A stretch of DNA of 63,383 bases, the filler included, from Dimorphilus gyrociliatus (lineage: Eukaryota; Animalia; Annelida): the NCBI GenBank assembly GCA_904063045.1. It is 7 parts of 7 records of this genome, joined end to end, with 100 filler letters (N's around TTAATTAATTAA, not from the genome) between each part and the next. Parts side by side here need not be neighbours in the genome. Positions count along the whole stretch, not along the records: positions 34,919 to 46,180 come from CAJFCJ010000263.1; 6 more parts are not named here. The stretch is one strand, 5' to 3'. Below, piece after piece: positions 37,344 to 46,280 of the stretch (position 1 is the first letter of the stretch; each line of letters starts with the position of its first letter). The notes beneath the pieces are model-generated. The model saw only the letters and a list, made by a program, of their open reading frames with translations, was not told where the DNA came from and ran no database searches. Both the position numbers and the translations under genes were made by a program.

Positions 37344-39143
37344 ATGGCTTACAATAATGTGTCTCGTCGAGATTTTATGCGCAAGACTGGCGGCGCAATG
37401 TTTCTTGGAACGAGCTCGTTACTCTTACCCGGTTGTAATAAAAGTCAATCCGATTCTGCGGGCAATAGTGGGGCTGGTGGATCGATTGGGTCTACACTGG
37501 CTTTCGACAGACCGATTGCGATTGAAAAAACCGGTCGTTATGAACAATCCATAACCGTGAGGTTTGAAGAGGTTCAGACTGGGGTAGAAATACGATTTAC
37601 ACTCGATGGTTTTGACCCAGATAGAAGTGATACGCTTTATGATTCTACCGCAGGGATTGTTCTTACATCATCGACGACTGTAATGGCGCGTTGCTTTGCT
37701 GGGAAAGAGAAAAGTGAAGTCAGCATTTATACGTATTTAGTTAAAGAAAAAACGCCGAGTTTTTCACTGGTCGCGTTTTCAGATTCCGAGATTAGCGATC
37801 TCACAGCAAGCCGCTTCGGTGACTCATGGATATCACATTTTGATGTGGTTAAAGCTATGATGCCAAACCCTGATTTGATCATTGGTGCGGGTGACTTGAT
37901 TCCAGATAATCACAAAGATATGGGGTGGAAGCATCGCTTAATGAAAGACGTCCTTGAATACAATATGTCGCGCACTGGAATGGTCGATACTCAAGTATCG
38001 TTGTGTTACGGCAATCACGATTGTTATGTTCAGGATATGGTTGATTGCTACCCACATGATTGGTTCCCACTACCGAATGTACCGGATCCAAATAAACACG
38101 GCTATTATCATAAAGTGGTGAGGGGTTATCACGTCGTAGCTTACAACTATTTGTTGGGTGAAAACAGCGAAGAAGGCAAGGCACAAGTTGCTTTTATTCT
38201 TAAAACAATGAATGAAATTAAAGCAGATTCCAATTATCGAGGTGAACCCATCCTTGTACATGCTCATGCTTCTTTGCCTAACACTGTTAATCATGGTGAA
38301 TACAGCAGCGCCCAACATCAGATTAAAGGTATTTTCTCTAACCACCCTGAAGTTATCCATTTTTCTGGACACTCTCACTATTCACACCTTGAAGAAAGTT
38401 CGATATTTCAAGATAAGGTGACAGCACTTAACTGCGCTAGCACCAACTATCAATGGATTAAAGAAAACGATCTTGTTTCCGACAATGATGAGATAGTGCA
38501 TTGTAAAGATGTGCCTGTTTGGTCGCTGCTTTTGGTAGAGATTTATGATGATCACGTTGAGGTGGAACGAGTTGCGCTTGCAGCAGATCGCTATTACTTG
38601 CGCTATGAAAATGGGTGGCATACCCCAAAACCAGAGTATTACGACAATGAAGTGTCACCCGTCAGCTTTCGTTCTGCAGGCGCTTTGGTTGGTCCGACTT
38701 GGCGCTATCAACATAAAAATGGTCAGGTTGCATTAAACACGTACGACCAAGCTTACTTAGATCGTATTAAAGCGACGGCCATGCCTTTTGAACATAATGC
38801 GTCTTTGGAAGTGAAGGATTATAAAATTCGCCTCTCGTTCAATAATATTAGAAACCATATTGTGAACGCCTATCACTTCGAAATAACGCTCATTGAGATT
38901 GATCCTAGCGGAAGCGAAAACCAGTTGAAGAAACATATGTACAACGCACAATCAATTTTTTCACCAACCCTCAAACGCTATGACCTTCCATTAAGTACCG
39001 TAAATGAGCTTCGTTACGGCTATGATTACAGGATTGAAATTATCCCGCGAGATACCGCACTCGGGATGCATCCGGAGAGTATGTTGCGAGTACAGTTCAG
39101 GTTAGAAGATCTTGAACGGCAGGGGACATATCAAATACTTTAA
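37344..39143 (+). CDS. Tat-exported lipoprotein: chitobiase/Fn3-like domain + calcineurin-like metallophosphoesterase
   Basis: SRRDFM twin-Arg motif, lipobox LPGC, IRFTLDGFDP domain, motifs D-S-E / GD / GNHD / HAH / GHSH; AAGGT RBS 6 nt before ATG 37344. Confidence 0.8.
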   Translation: MAYNNVSRRDFMRKTGGAMFLGTSSLLLPGCNKSQSDSAGNSGAGGSIGSTLAFDRPIAIEKTGRYEQSITVRFEEVQTGVEIRFTLDGFDPDRSDTLYDSTAGIVLTSSTTVMARCFAGKEKSEVSIYTYLVKEKTPSFSLVAFSDSEISDLTASRFGDSWISHFDVVKAMMPNPDLIIGAGDLIPDNHKDMGWKHRLMKDVLEYNMSRTGMVDTQVSLCYGNHDCYVQDMVDCYPHDWFPLPNVPDPNKHGYYHKVVRGYHVVAYNYLLGENSEEGKAQVAFILKTMNEIKADSNYRGEPILVHAHASLPNTVNHGEYSSAQHQIKGIFSNHPEVIHFSGHSHYSHLEESSIFQDKVTALNCASTNYQWIKENDLVSDNDEIVHCKDVPVWSLLLVEIYDDHVEVERVALAADRYYLRYENGWHTPKPEYYDNEVSPVSFRSAGALVGPTWRYQHKNGQVALNTYDQAYLDRIKATAMPFEHNASLEVKDYKIRLSFNNIRNHIVNAYHFEITLIEIDPSGSENQLKKHMYNAQSIFSPTLKRYDLPLSTVNELRYGYDYRIEIIPRDTALGMHPESMLRVQFRLEDLERQGTYQIL

Positions 39144-39406
39144 GTTTTGGCGGCTCGTTATAAACGTAGAGCCGCATCCACTCAATTTCGTGTTCGTAAT
39201 ATGCACTTACAACGGTTTGCCATTGCTCTTTTTTATTGACTAAGTGGTTAGACGCGACGGCTAACTTGACAGGTTGTCAGAGTAAACCAGCATTAGTGTA
39301 TTTAGCGAGCCTGTGCAATTGTTGGTATTAAATAAATGACAGACTTGATGAAACGTAATAGGTGTTTTATTTCTCGTCTGAAAACTTCCGGCAACGGCAG
39401 AGTCCG

Positions 39407-39862
39407 TTAAATTTTGATACTGCTCATCGCACAAACATCATAAGGCTGTTTTAAGGTTTGGCAATGATCTACCCACCGAACGGGCCAAAAAATACGAGTA
39501 GATTGCCCGATTTGAATACATTCCATTTGAGTGTTTTTATAATCGGTCTTTCCTCCAACTTCGACAGAGCGTTTAGGAGATAGATAGCAACGGGCTTGTA
39601 ATTCATTGTTGTTCGCTAGCTTATAAACCCAGTTGTCTTGAGGGGCACCTTTAAACGCATTAAAATAAGAGGCGTTGACTGCTTTTACGGCTGATAATTC
39701 ACTTGCCTGTGCAACAAACTGATTGCTAGTAGGTAACGAGGTGTTTTCGACTATTGGATGACTCGCGGCTAAGACCGTCAAAGTAGTTAAACTTAAACCA
39801 CAAGCAAGAAAACACTGCTTTAATTTTGAGAGGTGACTTTTTTTATAGAGACGCTTGTTCAT
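39407..39862 (-). CDS. Hypothetical exported protein
   Basis: Signal-peptide-like N-terminus; ATG overlaps the stop of the upstream gene. Confidence 0.7.
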   Translation of the reverse strand: MNKRLYKKSHLSKLKQCFLACGLSLTTLTVLAASHPIVENTSLPTSNQFVAQASELSAVKAVNASYFNAFKGAPQDNWVYKLANNNELQARCYLSPKRSVEVGGKTDYKNTQMECIQIGQSTRIFWPVRWVDHCQTLKQPYDVCAMSSIKI

Positions 39863-40854
39863 TGTTGAGCCTTTGTATTGGTTTGCTTACCCATCGGTAA
39901 CATCACTGAATCTGGTAGCATTGGCTTAAGTGTTGCCAAGCATGAAGATGCGGCATCATTATTGGTTTCTACATACACTTCACACAATGCATATAAGTGC
40001 TCGGGTGCGCCTGAAAGCTGGTAGGCATGTTCAAATAGCGGCACTGATTTATTGGCATCAACGTCTTTTTGCATAACGGCGTAGAGGTACCAGTAATAAC
40101 TGTTTGTTTCTGCTAAAATTGCCGCTGATTGGATGTCGGTAAGTGCTTGGGTTTTATTACCTTGGCGCACTAATGTTAACGCTTTAGCGTAGTACAATTG
40201 AGATGAGCTTGGGTTGGCTTTTATGCCGTCTTCCAGGGTTGTTAACGTGTTTTCTTCATCGTGTTTTAAGCGATACGATTCAGATAATCCCACCCAAACG
40301 GCTTGGTTTTGGGGAATAATTGTGATGAGCGAATGATACTGTGCCATCGCTTTGTCTGGTTGGCCGGTAAGTCGATATACTTCTGCGAGTTTGAATGTCG
40401 AGAATGAATCCGACTGTTTCGAGTAATATTGTTCTAGTTCTGGGATGAACGGGTCGAGCTGTGACTTCATTTCGCTCGTCATTTGCGGATAACCTTTGAT
40501 TAAACTGTATGCAGAGGCCTCTCTAAGGGATGGGTCCTTGCTGGAAAGGTAGGGTGCGACCAGTTCCCATCGGTAATCGATGGACAGTCCTTGACTCGCG
40601 ATTATTGCTGCTTCGTTGAGTTGTGTATTGTTCTCTTTCAGTGCCCTAGCAATAGCAATCAATGCATTTTTCGATGGTGCACCTTTGAGAGACTCCAAAG
40701 CCGTAACTCGAGTTTCAACCGACTGTGACTGATCTTGGGCGATATAAGCCGGATCATTTTGATTGGGTTTGAAATGGGTGGGCGGTTGCTCGTTTGCGAA
40801 GGATGAAAACGATAACAAGCTTGTCACCAAGATGGTTAATAACTGGATTTTCAT
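39859..40854 (-). CDS. Exported HEAT/TPR-repeat protein
   Basis: Signal peptide, HEAT-like helices, TPR patterns (LAEVY...G..DKA, YYAKAL.L.R.G, YWYLYA). Confidence 0.82.
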   Translation of the reverse strand: MKIQLLTILVTSLLSFSSFANEQPPTHFKPNQNDPAYIAQDQSQSVETRVTALESLKGAPSKNALIAIARALKENNTQLNEAAIIASQGLSIDYRWELVAPYLSSKDPSLREASAYSLIKGYPQMTSEMKSQLDPFIPELEQYYSKQSDSFSTFKLAEVYRLTGQPDKAMAQYHSLITIIPQNQAVWVGLSESYRLKHDEENTLTTLEDGIKANPSSSQLYYAKALTLVRQGNKTQALTDIQSAAILAETNSYYWYLYAVMQKDVDANKSVPLFEHAYQLSGAPEHLYALCEVYVETNNDAASSCLATLKPMLPDSVMLPMGKQTNTKAQQ

Positions 40855-40865
40855 GCCGTCGATCC

Positions 40866-42179
40866 TTAAAGAACGTGTTTTTCGGTTAGAATGCGGTCAC
40901 TGTGTTTCCCGTGGGCTACAGGTAGGCCTAATCTTCTTAAGGTAAACGCGAACCCTGCATCTGCGTGATTGAAGAATTTATTCCAGCCAGCACATAAATA
41001 GTTAAGTCCATTCTCGCCATCTTTAGTTTGAATAAATCGATTTTTCGGGCATTCACCAAAACAGGCAAATTTATAGTCACATTCTCGGCACTGTTTTGGT
41101 AACGACTTCGATTTTGCGGTACCAAATTGTTGTTGCTTGTGAGAAAACGCCATTTCTTCAAGGGCCGTCTCCTCTATGTTTCCGATCTTATATTCTGGGT
41201 AAACATAGTGGTCACAAGTATAGACATCGCCGTTAGGTTCCATTGCAAGGCCTTTCCCACACATTTCTCCTAGCGTGCAAAGTGGATTTCTATGTCCCAT
41301 CCAAGCCTCTAGGAATGCTTCGAAATATTGAATAAATACCTTACCTACATCATTACAAATCCATTCATTAAATACGGCGATTAAAAAGTTGCCCCACGCG
41401 TGGTCTGATACACAAAATGCTTCGACAACGGCATCCTTGTGGCCTGGAATGAGTCGCTTATCGCCTTGCATCAATCGCTCATCAATACCCCAAGTATTTG
41501 GTGCAGTTTCTCTAAAGGTTTTAGTTTCAACGATGGGGATAAACTGCATCTGAGGCGATTTTACGACGTCTCTCAAGAATCGATAGACTTCGAGAGGGTT
41601 GCGGCTTGTTAGGTTATTCACACAAGTTAATGTCGCAAATCTCACTTCATGTTTATGCAGTAAATCCACCGCCTTCATGACCTGTTTAAACGTACCACGG
41701 CCGGCCTTATTTGTGCGATAGGTGTTGTGGAGCAACTCTGGACCATCAATGCTCAAACCCACTAAGAAATTGTTCTTCTTCAAAAATAGACACCAATCAT
41801 CATTTAATAAGGTGCCGTTCGTTTGAAGATCATTCGATATAACAATACCGGCCGGTTGATACTTTTTTTGAAACTCAACCACTTTTTCAAAATAATGAAT
41901 TCCGAGCATAGTGGCTTCACCACCTTGCCAAGAAAAGGTGATTTGCGGCGTGTTTTGTCCTTTGATGTAGTCAGAAATGAATTTCTCAAGATTGCTGTCA
42001 TCTAACTGTGGAGTGCAACCCTTTTTGTATTCCAGTAAATCTTGTTTGCTCAAATAATAGCAGTAGTCACAATCTAAATTACATGCTGCTCCAATGGGTT
42101 TCGCCATAACATGCATTCGCTTAGAGGCTTGACCATTGAATTGAGGCCCAGTGTTGATTACAGAAAGAGAGTTGTTCAT
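40866..42179 (-). CDS. Anaerobic sulfatase-maturating radical SAM/SPASM enzyme (anSME)
   Basis: AKPIGAACNLDCDYCYY, WQGGE, QTNG, SIDGP, SPASM cysteines (CTLGEMCG, CDHY, CRECDYKFACFGECPK). Confidence 0.95.
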   Translation of the reverse strand: MNNSLSVINTGPQFNGQASKRMHVMAKPIGAACNLDCDYCYYLSKQDLLEYKKGCTPQLDDSNLEKFISDYIKGQNTPQITFSWQGGEATMLGIHYFEKVVEFQKKYQPAGIVISNDLQTNGTLLNDDWCLFLKKNNFLVGLSIDGPELLHNTYRTNKAGRGTFKQVMKAVDLLHKHEVRFATLTCVNNLTSRNPLEVYRFLRDVVKSPQMQFIPIVETKTFRETAPNTWGIDERLMQGDKRLIPGHKDAVVEAFCVSDHAWGNFLIAVFNEWICNDVGKVFIQYFEAFLEAWMGHRNPLCTLGEMCGKGLAMEPNGDVYTCDHYVYPEYKIGNIEETALEEMAFSHKQQQFGTAKSKSLPKQCRECDYKFACFGECPKNRFIQTKDGENGLNYLCAGWNKFFNHADAGFAFTLRRLGLPVAHGKHSDRILTEKHVL

Positions 42180-42297
42180 AAATAACCTGTCTACTATTTT
42201 GTTGTGAAACCTACTATAAGCATCCGTTGCCAATGGATAAAATAGCCTCATTTATTAGTAAATTGAATAAGATTAAATGCAGGCTAAAAAGTTACAC

Positions 42298-42663
42298 CTA
42301 AGAGCTTAACTTTTTGATTAATTTCATTTTTTCTTGAGCGGTTAATGAGCTGTTGTCGATTAATAATTCTATGGAATGATAGACGCCAGCGTTGTTAGAA
42401 CTTGAATGTGCTTCGATTTGTTGTGAGGGTACGGCTACGGTTGTAGGTTCCGAGATGGTCTTTGGATCTGGAGATGCCATTACGTTTTCATCCATACTGC
42501 TAGGGATGATGTTGGATTGACCATGTGACATTTGCTGTGCTGTGTTTTCATAGTTGTTGAAACGATTGATGTTTTCCATTAACGCGCTATTGGCATCACC
42601 TTGGACTGTTGCTTGTGCTAAAGGTGAAGCTATGAGCAATGAAATGAGAAAAGTACGATACAT
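42298..42663 (-). CDS. Hypothetical exported protein
   Basis: GGAG RBS, signal peptide (LAQA), co-oriented within the operon. Confidence 0.7.
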   Translation of the reverse strand: MYRTFLISLLIASPLAQATVQGDANSALMENINRFNNYENTAQQMSHGQSNIIPSSMDENVMASPDPKTISEPTTVAVPSQQIEAHSSSNNAGVYHSIELLIDNSSLTAQEKMKLIKKLSS

Positions 42664-42677
42664 TTTAATTCTCCAAG

Positions 42678-42707
42678 AATAAGGGTGAATACTAATTCAC
42701 CCTTATT
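42678..42707. terminator. 13-bp perfect hairpin between the sulfatase and the next gene
   Basis: AATAAGGGTGAAT-ACTA-ATTCACCCTTATT; the T-run follows on + only, so on the - transcript it may be a stabilising or attenuating stem. Confidence 0.5.
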
Positions 42708-42750
42708 TTTAACAATTGACAGGTTTATTTGTTAATCGTTTATTTATCGA

Positions 42751-44388
42751 TTATTTAGCTGCTTCGGTTTTTGAACCGCCAGCGCCAATACCAAAGTTCT
42801 TGTAAACCATTTCACTTGCGCCAGACATGGTGAATGAACCTGGACGCTGTGACGGTGGATAATCCTTGTAAGTCATTAGATGTTCTTTAACGAGTTCGTT
42901 TGCTTTATAGAATACAAATACGTTATCGATTTCCCAATTCCAATAGCCATTTGCGTTTTGATCTGCACGTTCGAATGGGTCTTGGCGAAGGTTAAAGATC
43001 TTAGGTAGACGTAACCATGTGAAGGGTTCAGCCCAAAGCGCCATAGTTTTAGCTCGTTGTTCACCGTAAACTACTTTCCAGTCTGTGCTGTGGTTTTCAC
43101 CACCGCCAATGTAGTTATCTTGTGAGTAACGAACCGCGACAATTTGTGCATCTGCGTTATACAACATTACGCTCTTACGAGGTGTTTCATTAGTACGGCC
43201 AGCAAAATAGTCATTCATATTGTAGCCATCGAGATGGATTTTGAATTCTTTGTTGTTTGCTTTGAAACCGCCTTGTGCTAATTGTTCTTTGAGGTCTGGA
43301 TTACCAGCTGCAGCAACAAAAGTAGGCAGGAAGTCTAGGCCAGAAACCATGCCATTGAGCACTCGACCGCCGTCCCATTTACCAGCAGGCCAGCGAACAA
43401 AAGCAGGGACACGATAGGCACCTTCCCAGTTCGTTTCTTTTTCTGCACGGAAGGGCGTTATTGCACCATCAGGCCACGCATTGTAGTGAGGACCATTATC
43501 AGTACCGTACATAACAATGGTATTGTTCTTCAGATTGTTATCGTCTAAATAATCAAGAAGTTGACCAACGTTTTTATCGTGAGCAACCATCGCATCGTTA
43601 TAGAAGCCTTGACCTGATAATCCTCGGTCAGAGGCTTTTACGTGTGTTTTGAAATGCATTTTGGACGAGTTCCACCATACAAAGAATGGTTTATGCGCGG
43701 CCTGTGCTTTGTCCATGAATTTGATAGCGTGTGCAGTAACATCGTCATCGATGGTTTCCATTCTCTTAATCGTCAATGGACCTGTATCTTTGATCTCGCC
43801 ATCTGCAGTTGAGTGAATAACACCACGAGGACCGTATTGCTCAGCGAATTTAGGGTCTTTAGGATAGAAATCGTGCTCTGGTTCTTCCATTGCGTCTAGG
43901 TGATAGAGGAATCCGTAAAATTCGTCAAACCCATGGTTTGTCGGTAGATCTTCGTCTTTGTCACCCAAGTGGTTTTTACCAAACTGCCCAGTCATGTAAC
44001 CCATATCTTTCAGAGCTTCAGCTGTCGTCATATCATCATCAGCAATACCTTGTGGCGCGCCCGGAAGACCAACTTTAGTCATTCCTGTACGAAGACCGTC
44101 TTGACCTGTTATGAATGCGCTTCGACCTGCAGTACATGATTGTTCGCCATAATAATCGGTAAATGCGACACCTTCGTTGGCGACTCTATCGATGTTCGGA
44201 GTGTCATACCCCATTAAGCCTCGGTTCCAGTAGCTGATATTCCATAAACCAATGTCATCACCCCACATGACCAGAATGTTGGGTTTCTCCGTTGGTGTGG
44301 TTGGTGCTGCTGTTGCGGTAACAGATGTTAATGCAGACATTGCAAGCATCGCCGTCGACAGTAGTGTCTTCTTACTCGGTATTTTCAT
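42751..44388 (-). CDS. Cys-type arylsulfatase (formylglycine-dependent), Sec signal peptide
   Basis: PNILVMWGDDIG, SCTAGRSAF (CxxxR), GQFGKNHLG, HGFDEFYG, DNG, K.TNWEG. Confidence 0.95.
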   Translation of the reverse strand: MKIPSKKTLLSTAMLAMSALTSVTATAAPTTPTEKPNILVMWGDDIGLWNISYWNRGLMGYDTPNIDRVANEGVAFTDYYGEQSCTAGRSAFITGQDGLRTGMTKVGLPGAPQGIADDDMTTAEALKDMGYMTGQFGKNHLGDKDEDLPTNHGFDEFYGFLYHLDAMEEPEHDFYPKDPKFAEQYGPRGVIHSTADGEIKDTGPLTIKRMETIDDDVTAHAIKFMDKAQAAHKPFFVWWNSSKMHFKTHVKASDRGLSGQGFYNDAMVAHDKNVGQLLDYLDDNNLKNNTIVMYGTDNGPHYNAWPDGAITPFRAEKETNWEGAYRVPAFVRWPAGKWDGGRVLNGMVSGLDFLPTFVAAAGNPDLKEQLAQGGFKANNKEFKIHLDGYNMNDYFAGRTNETPRKSVMLYNADAQIVAVRYSQDNYIGGGENHSTDWKVVYGEQRAKTMALWAEPFTWLRLPKIFNLRQDPFERADQNANGYWNWEIDNVFVFYKANELVKEHLMTYKDYPPSQRPGSFTMSGASEMVYKNFGIGAGGSKTEAAK

Positions 44389-44791
44389 AAGTGTTTACTC
44401 ATACGTGGCTAAAAGTATTAACAATTTTTCGTTGTTTCCAACTTGGGTGGAATACTAAATGAGGAAACGAAATAAGAAAAAGTACCCTTATTTAATAGTC
44501 AATTTAATTTGATTCATGTTTCATTGTCAGGTTGTATTTAAGCGTAAGTGTTGTATTTAAGTTGTTGATTTACCGGTTTATTATGAAGTGTATTTTAGGG
44601 TGTGGAGTGTTTTTTGGGGGTGAGGTTATTTTAATGTATTGATATTTATGGATAATTTTCTGGATTTAATTGTATTTAATTTACGCTTTCATGCTATTGA
44701 TTTCTGCTGAATGGAAGATCCACTATTATGTCCCCAGTTTATATTACTGACGCTTGACGCCAGTTTGTTCTATTTATTGAGGATTCGCTTA

Positions 44792-45757
44792 ATGTTCGAT
44801 AACAGCGCTTACCAAAACATCCAAAAACTATCTGATTCTCTCGCTGAAAAAGTAATAGGGCAACAACATGTTGTGGATGCACTTCTTATTGCAATGCTGA
44901 CGGATGGGCATGTGTTACTCGAAGGATTACCCGGTACAGCCAAAACTCGATCGGTTAAGGCATTAGCTCAAAATCTCGATTTGGCATTGAACCGGGTTCA
45001 ATTCACTCCTGATCTAATGCCAAGTGATGTGATTGGGTATGAATCTTTAAGTGACAGCGGAGCAATGTCTTTTGTTAAAGGGCCGGCATTTACCAACATT
45101 CTATTGGCCGATGAAATAAATCGTGCGCCGCCTAAGGTGCAATCTGCGTTATTAGAAGCGATGGAAGAAAGACAAGTGACGGTCGGGGGGAGAGGGCATA
45201 AGTTGCCTGAGGTATTTCTTGTCCTTGCCACTCAAAACCCGGTTGAACAAGAAGGGACTTACCCGTTACCTGAAGCTCAACTCGACCGTTTTCTAATGAA
45301 AGTAACGGTGGATTATCCAGAGAAGGATGATGAGCTGGCGATCCTGAAGCTAGTTAAAAGTGAACAACAGGTTATTAAGGAAATAAAGAAAGTTGACTCT
45401 ACAGTCATATTACAAGCGAGAGAACAACTGTTGGATGTCTTTGTTTCCGATATTATCGAACACTATATGGTCGATCTTGTGATCGCGACTCGTTCTCCAC
45501 AATGGTACCCGGACTCAAAACTTCAAGAATGGATACGCATTGGCTCGAGCCCTAGAGCGACTATCGCATTAGATAAAGCAGCGCGAGCTTATGCCTTCAT
45601 TAAAGGCAAAAATTACGTTGACTCCGATGATGTCAGAGCTGTTGCACATAGCGTACTTTGTCATCGAATCTCTCTCTCGTTTGATGCGATGGCGGAAGCA
45701 TTAGATACGCGTCAAGTCGTGGATGAACTTCTAAATGTTGTAGCGATAGGCATATGA
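44792..45757 (+). CDS. moxR: MoxR-family AAA+ ATPase
   Basis: GHVLLEGLPGTAKT, RVQFTPDLMPSD, LLADEINRAPPKVQSALLEAMEE, ATQNP.EQEGTYPLPEAQLDRF. Confidence 0.95.
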   Translation: MFDNSAYQNIQKLSDSLAEKVIGQQHVVDALLIAMLTDGHVLLEGLPGTAKTRSVKALAQNLDLALNRVQFTPDLMPSDVIGYESLSDSGAMSFVKGPAFTNILLADEINRAPPKVQSALLEAMEERQVTVGGRGHKLPEVFLVLATQNPVEQEGTYPLPEAQLDRFLMKVTVDYPEKDDELAILKLVKSEQQVIKEIKKVDSTVILQAREQLLDVFVSDIIEHYMVDLVIATRSPQWYPDSKLQEWIRIGSSPRATIALDKAARAYAFIKGKNYVDSDDVRAVAHSVLCHRISLSFDAMAEALDTRQVVDELLNVVAIGI

Positions 45758-46180
45758 ATACTCCAGACGCTAGGTTGTTCGCCGATAGGCCGACACTACT
45801 AAGATTGCAACGCCAAGCGCAGCAACTTACCTTAAAAAATCGGTTTCGCCCTAATGGTGTGTTTGCGGGGCAAAATCGTTCGAAGTTGCGCGGACAAGGC
45901 TTAAGTTTTGAAGAACTAAGAGGGTTTAGGATTGGCGATAGTATTAAGGATATTGACTGGAAAGCCAGTTCTCGTGCCCACAATAGGGTAGTCAAAGTCT
46001 TCACTCAAGAAACAGATAGACCTGCGATGATCGTTTGCGATCAACGCTTAAACATGTTTTTTGGGAGTGAGGTGTACATGAAGTCGGTTGTTGCAGCGCA
46101 TGTAGCAACATTGATGGCGTGGCTGTTGCATAACAGAGGTGACCGAGTGGGTGGAACCGTTGTACGTTCGTCGTTATCCA
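45754..46180 (+). CDS. DUF58-family MoxR partner, 3' end off contig
   Basis: G.GLSFEELR.F..GD....IDWKAS.R; ATGA overlap with moxR. Confidence 0.9.
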
Positions 46181-46280
46181 NNNNNNNNNNNNNNNNNNNN
46201 NNNNNNNNNNNNNNNNNNNNNNNNTTAATTAATTAANNNNNNNNNNNNNNNNNNNNNNNNNNNNNNNNNNNNNNNNNNNN
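46181..46280. other. Artificial contig linker
   Basis: N44-TTAATTAATTAA-N44. Confidence 0.98.

Noticed and set aside
39150-39175. GCGGCTC/GAGCCGC hairpin as an intrinsic terminator
   Set aside because: No U-tract on either strand.
34819-46280. Bacterial operon block between animal sequences as horizontal gene transfer
   Set aside because: Both boundaries are artificial linkers; there is no physical junction.
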